A stretch of 64,000 nucleotides of DNA. It comes from Cyanophora paradoxa CCMP329 (taxonomy: Eukaryota > Plantae > Glaucophyta). The position numbers and the translations under genes are program-made. Below the pieces are notes generated by a model that searched no databases, had not been told where the DNA came from, and worked only from the letters and a program-made list of their open reading frames with translations. Positions 59,301 through 64,000 of this stretch are shown here, in pieces. How positions within the stretch are numbered: the first letter of the stretch is position 1; the number at the start of each line of letters is the position of its first letter. Location of the stretch: NCBI GenBank assembly GCA_004431415.1, contig QPMI01000121.1:62001-126000 (forward strand), read 5' to 3'.

Positions 59301-62300
59301 TCGCGGCCGCATGCGCCAGGCCTGCTGCAGAGCGACGCCTGCTGACGCGCACGCGCACGCAGTTCACCGTCCCGAACGAGGACACGGTGCAGGCGCTCGT
59401 CGACCTGTACACTGAGCGGTACACCATCCCCTGGGTCCGGCAGTTCTACATGGTCCGTCCGCGTCCCAGGCCCTCTGTTTTCATCACCTGCATCTGCTTG
59501 CTAATAAGCTGTTTCCGGCGGGCAGCACACGGACGACCACTCTGTGGAGGCAATGGCGCACGAGCTCCACGTCGACTTCGCCACTCTGAAGGCCAACCTG
59601 CACAACCCGCCCGGCTATCTCCGGCCTGCCCTCGTCGCCATGTCCGCCACGCCCGCCTTCATGGGCTGCGGCCACGTCAAGAACACAATCAACGTGCGCG
59701 GCCGCAAATATGATGTGATGTACCTTTGTCCGGATATGTAACCGCACGGTTCCGGCTCTGCAGAACCCCCACACGTACGGGATCGACGCCAACGTGACGA
59801 CCTGGGCCGTCCGCTCCTTCACCCGCGCGCTCTGGGCCGACGCCTCCCGCGGCGCCGGCCGCTTCGTCCTCGAGGTGCGATAGCCCATTAGCGAAATCGA
59901 TCTTCTTGGCCGAACCGCGAGCCTTCCGTTATAATTAGGTGCTGGACGGGGACCACAACGAGGGCGCGGTCATCCTCGTCAAGTCGGCCGGCTGCAAGGG
60001 CTCCTCCGCGGAGGTCGCCCCGCACCAGGGCGCCCTCGCCCCCGGCTCCAAGCCCGCCATCGGCGACGGCGAGGTCCGCCTCGTTCGATTTACTTAATCA
60101 GCGGAGGGAATTTTATTTCCTCGATCTGGCGTTTATTCTGCAATCGATATCGTGCAGGCCTTCATCTTCCACTACGCGGACGTGCCCACCCTCCGCGAGT
60201 TTAACGCGAAGGTTTGACTTGTGCATTGGCATAAGCGGTTATCGTCCATGCATTTTGACGCCCGTGGATGTGCAGTTCTTCGCGAACGACGTCCGCCCCT
60301 TGACCGCGCTCTCCGCCGTCGCCTACGCGGACGTGGTGGCCGACATCAACGGCATCTTCGCCCCGGGGGTGTGCTCTGACGGCTTAATCATATAAGCTGA
60401 TCATGAAGACATTGCTTGAGCTCGGTTTCGAATGTATTTAAGCTGATCATGAAGACATTGCTTGAGCTCAGTTTCGAATGTATATGAGCTGAACTGATCA
60501 TGAAATCGCGACGCCTCTCGCAGCTCAACTACACAGTCCAGAAGCTCGCGTCGACGCTCCCAATGTAGTGCGCTTTCTCCTCTAATTCTCAAAGTTTCAC
60601 TGTCTAGAGTTGTAATGGCTGCCTTGCCGCAACAGTAACGACGACGTGTCGGGCACAAAGGACGCTGAAATCGCCTCGAAGACCAAGACCGACGCCGAGG
60701 CTGCCAAGGGCAAGCTGCAGGCGTCCAAGGAGATCTTTACCTTCTCCATGGACCTGCCCGGCCGCGGGCTGCCCTGCGCCGTCCTCGACGGCCACAAGCT
60801 CGACGAAATCAAGCGCAACCTGGCAGGGTTCGCATTTTGCCCTCGGTGCTTTCATATGGCCCAGGCGCGCGCTGAGCTCGTCGCTTCGCCAGGCAGCTGG
60901 CCATCCCCGCGGGCCGCGTGCTCATCCCCGGCGTCCGTTGCGGCCTCGAGGAGCGGAAGGGCGGGAGCCACCGGACGCTCTTCCAGACGTCGCGCCGCGC
61001 CCGCCGCGGCCTGCGCGCCACTTCGGTCGTCACCGACGGCACCTGGACCATCTTCACCGTCAGCCTCCTTCCTCCCGCGAGTGCGTCCTTGCCCTCGCAT
61101 AGTTCTGGTTGAAATAAAATATTAAATGAAATGCGGTCTGTTAGACGCGGACGACAAGGTCTCCCTGGACTCCCTCGCGCGCCGCGTCGCCAACACCGGG
61201 AAGTTCACGACCCTGACCCTCCTCGGCTTCGGCGCCGCCGCCGTCCATCCCGTCGTCGGCCTCGACGCGTACCCCGAGAACGCGACGGCGCTGCCGTACG
61301 GCACCGTGTCGCCGCCGTCGCGCCTGGCGCTGGCGAGCGACGCCGACGTGAAGAGTTTCCTCGCCACTGTCTCCGCCGCTGCCGGCCCGCACCCCGCCGC
61401 CCTCGACCACGCCAAGGTCCGCGCCGGCCGCCGCGCTCTCTTTCTTTGAATTCCGCCGTCGTTTAGAGCCGAGCCCCCCACAGATCGCGAAGCTCGTCGC
61501 CGCCGGCAAGCCGCACTTCCGCGACGTCCGCTTCGCCCCGCACTACTGCATTGACGGCGCGCCGAGGCCGCCTGTCCTCTGCTTTTCTCCTCTCTCCCAG
61601 TGCTTAAACAGCGGCGCGCGCATGCGCAGGCCGGCACGTGCGCGGCTCGGTGCACACGCCCGGAGGCGACATCTCCGAGTTCCTGCTCGCCCTCTCCGCC
61701 TACCAGCGGACGGTCCTCAGCGGGGCGGCCCTCTCCGACGCCCAGGTCTACGACGCGATGACCGCCTGGATCGACGCCTTCGCCATCCCGTACGAGGTGC
61801 CCCGCGCCCGCCATTTTAAGTATTGCGCTTAGCGAAGTCAAACATTATTGTAAATGAAATTGCGTTGGGCGCAGCGGCCCTTAAGCTTCTACATGCACAC
61901 GGACGAGCACGCGGAGGAGTACCTCGTCCACAAGCTCGGCAAGGACGCGGCGTTCGACGCCGGCGCCCCGCCGGCCTCGGAGGCGGACGAGAAGGCGCTC
62001 CTCGAGGCGCTGCTCGACCCCGAGACCCAGGGCTGCGGCCACCTCAAGGTTCGCTTGCTCTAAGGCTTCATTTATCCGGCGGCCTCGAGCGTACATTTAA
62101 TTTGCTCACTCCTGCCCGCAGCTCACGCTCACTGAGTCAAGAACCCCGACGTCTACGGCACATCGGCGGACCTCACGAAGAGCGTGATCAAGGCCTTCTA
62201 CCGCGCCCTGTGGCGCGACCGCCGCGCCGGCCTCGGCGCCGTCGACCGCCAGGTCCTCCCCGGCGACCACGCCGAGGGGTGAGCGCTCTCGCCTTCGTCT

Positions 62301-64000
62301 TGGATCCGCGCACCGACGCGTCCGCTGAGCGTTTGCGTGTCGCGCGTGCGCAGCTCCGTGCTCGTCGTGCCGCAGACGAAGGAGATGGGCGACTCGGTGC
62401 TGACATTCGCGCCCAACGTGCCGTCCGTCGGCCAGGTCTTCCTCTTCCACGCCGACGCCCTCGACTTCATCCGCCAGTCCTTCGTCCGCTTCATCTGCGA
62501 CCGCAAGACGAGCCTCGGCGCCAACGCCAGCGCCGAGTGCGCCTCGTCCAAGATCCGGGCCGAGATGGCGACCATCTTCAACGCCGGCCTCGCCAACACT
62601 GCCGGCCGCCTCGCCGCGAACCGTTCCACGGACTCGCTCACCGTCGCGCCGGCCGGCCTCGTCGGCCTGCAGCTGCCGGGCTCCAAGACCGTGTCGCTCG
62701 AGCTGCCCGACGACAAATCCGCGGTCGCCAAGCCCGAGAACGGGACGAAGTGCGGCGCGACGGACGTGACCGCCAAGCTCGTCGCCGCCTCGAAGGAGGA
62801 CGACCCGGCGAAGCTCTGGAAGATCCTCACGAGCACCGGCCAAGTCGAGGCGCACATCGGCATGCCGGCCATCGTCGACGTCGCGCGCCACACCTGGTCC
62901 TGCATCGGTGCGACTGGCCTCACACTTTTTCGCTCCTGCTTCTCGTTTGGCGGTGCACGTGGGAGCTTAATATAATTCCGCAGACGGCCGCTCGCACAAG
63001 GCGATCCTCGGCACGCCCGGCGGCACCATCTCCGAATTCTTGCTTGGTGTCGCCTCCTTCATGAACAAGGGGGTCCGTTCGCGCGCCTCTGCGAGGCTCG
63101 GGATCCTGCTTTATTCCCGAAACTGACGCACACCGCTCTTCGCGATCGCAGCTCGCCGTCCCGAACGAGGACACGATGCAGGCGCTCGTCGACCTGTACA
63201 CCTCGTACTACACCATCCCCTGGACGCGCCAGTTCTACATGGTCCGCACGTCCCCCGCTAGTTCTTGAGTCTGATTATTAGTATTTACTGTCTTCTGCCT
63301 TCCTCCGCGTGCGCGGCGCAGCACACGGACGAGCACGCGGTTGAGGCCATCGCGCACTCGCTGCACGTCGACCACGGGGAAGTGAAGCCGTACAACCCGC
63401 TCGGGAAGCACCGGCCGGCCGTGCTCGCCTACTCGGCCAACCCCAAGTACATCGGCTGCGGCCACGTCAAGTACACGATCCAGAACCCCGCCGTCTACGG
63501 CGTCCCCGCAAACATCGTGCGCGATAAATATGATTGCCGTTGCAGCTCGCGATCGCATCGGAGACGCTTTGATTTTGTGCACAATATTAATGTTTGTGAC
63601 GACGTCGCGCAGACGACCTGGGCGGTCCGCTCCTTCATGCGCGCCCTCTGGGCCGACTACCAGCGCGGCGCCGGCCGCTTCGTCCTCGAGGCACGTTGCT
63701 CGAGCCTGTTTGTGATTGCGCTCTGGTAACCCTTTAGCTTGACGGTCTGCGTCGCGTTTATTAGGTTCTTGAAGGCGACCACCACGAGGGGGCGGTCATC
63801 CTCGTCAAGCCCGCGGGCTGCTCCGGCAAGACCGCCGAGGTCGCCCCGCACGTCGGCGAGCTCACGCCCGGCAAGAACGTGTCCAACGGCAACACCGAGG
63901 CCTTCGTCTTCCACGCCGCCGACGTCCCCGCGCTCCGCAGCCAGAACGCCAAGGTCGGAAACTCCTTTGTTTGTTAAAACTTCGAGGTGCCCGTCACACT
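56341..64000 (+). CDS. Secreted multi-exon protein with four zeta-class (CDCA-like) carbonic anhydrase repeats; runs off the window end
   Basis: Signal peptide MWKSKLAAVVLVLAVAQQAFA. Four spliced units, each with CIDGR, TPGG, FYMH(S/T)D, GCGH and GDHxEG. Frame continuity was checked across the 60522-60637 junctions. Confidence 0.72.
60393..60503. repeat. Intronic 46-bp tandem repeat (about 2.3 copies)
   Basis: TAAGCTGATCATGAAGACATTGCTTGAGCTC starts at both 60393 and 60439. Confidence 0.85.

Noticed and set aside
1-64000. Naming the host species
   Set aside because: GC content and intron style suggest a unicellular alga or protist, but no marker gene is present.

Overview
GC-rich, intron-dense eukaryotic (protist/alga-like) DNA with short introns, so most ORF-track entries in the host regions are spurious. 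Layout: (1) 1-910, the 3' end of a paralog of the large gene that follows; (2) about 1.1-4.8 kb, a decayed hAT transposase, two hAT MITEs and palindrome-rich filler; (3) 5520-30141, a giant multi-exon membrane-protein gene (signal peptide, about 8 LamG-like repeats, an unknown region, many Cys-rich GCC2/GCC3-type repeats, 2-3 TM helices, Ser/Pro tail); (4) 30996-53827, a near-identical tandem re-copy of 21572-30976, interrupted inside an intron by (5) an intact AT-rich 11,958-bp endogenous Polinton-like virus at 35463-47420. The virus has 274-bp TIRs, an A32-type packaging ATPase, a double-jelly-roll MCP with NCLDV-like motifs, a penton, a 1366-aa OTU-like/PolB/SF1-helicase/HNH fusion, an rve integrase and a shared CAAAAAATGAC-type motif upstream of non-structural genes. 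Two empty copies of its target site are also in the window; (6) 56341 to the end, a secreted protein with four zeta/CDCA-like carbonic anhydrase repeats in an A-B-linker-A-B arrangement. All family calls come from motif recognition by eye; no database searches were run.
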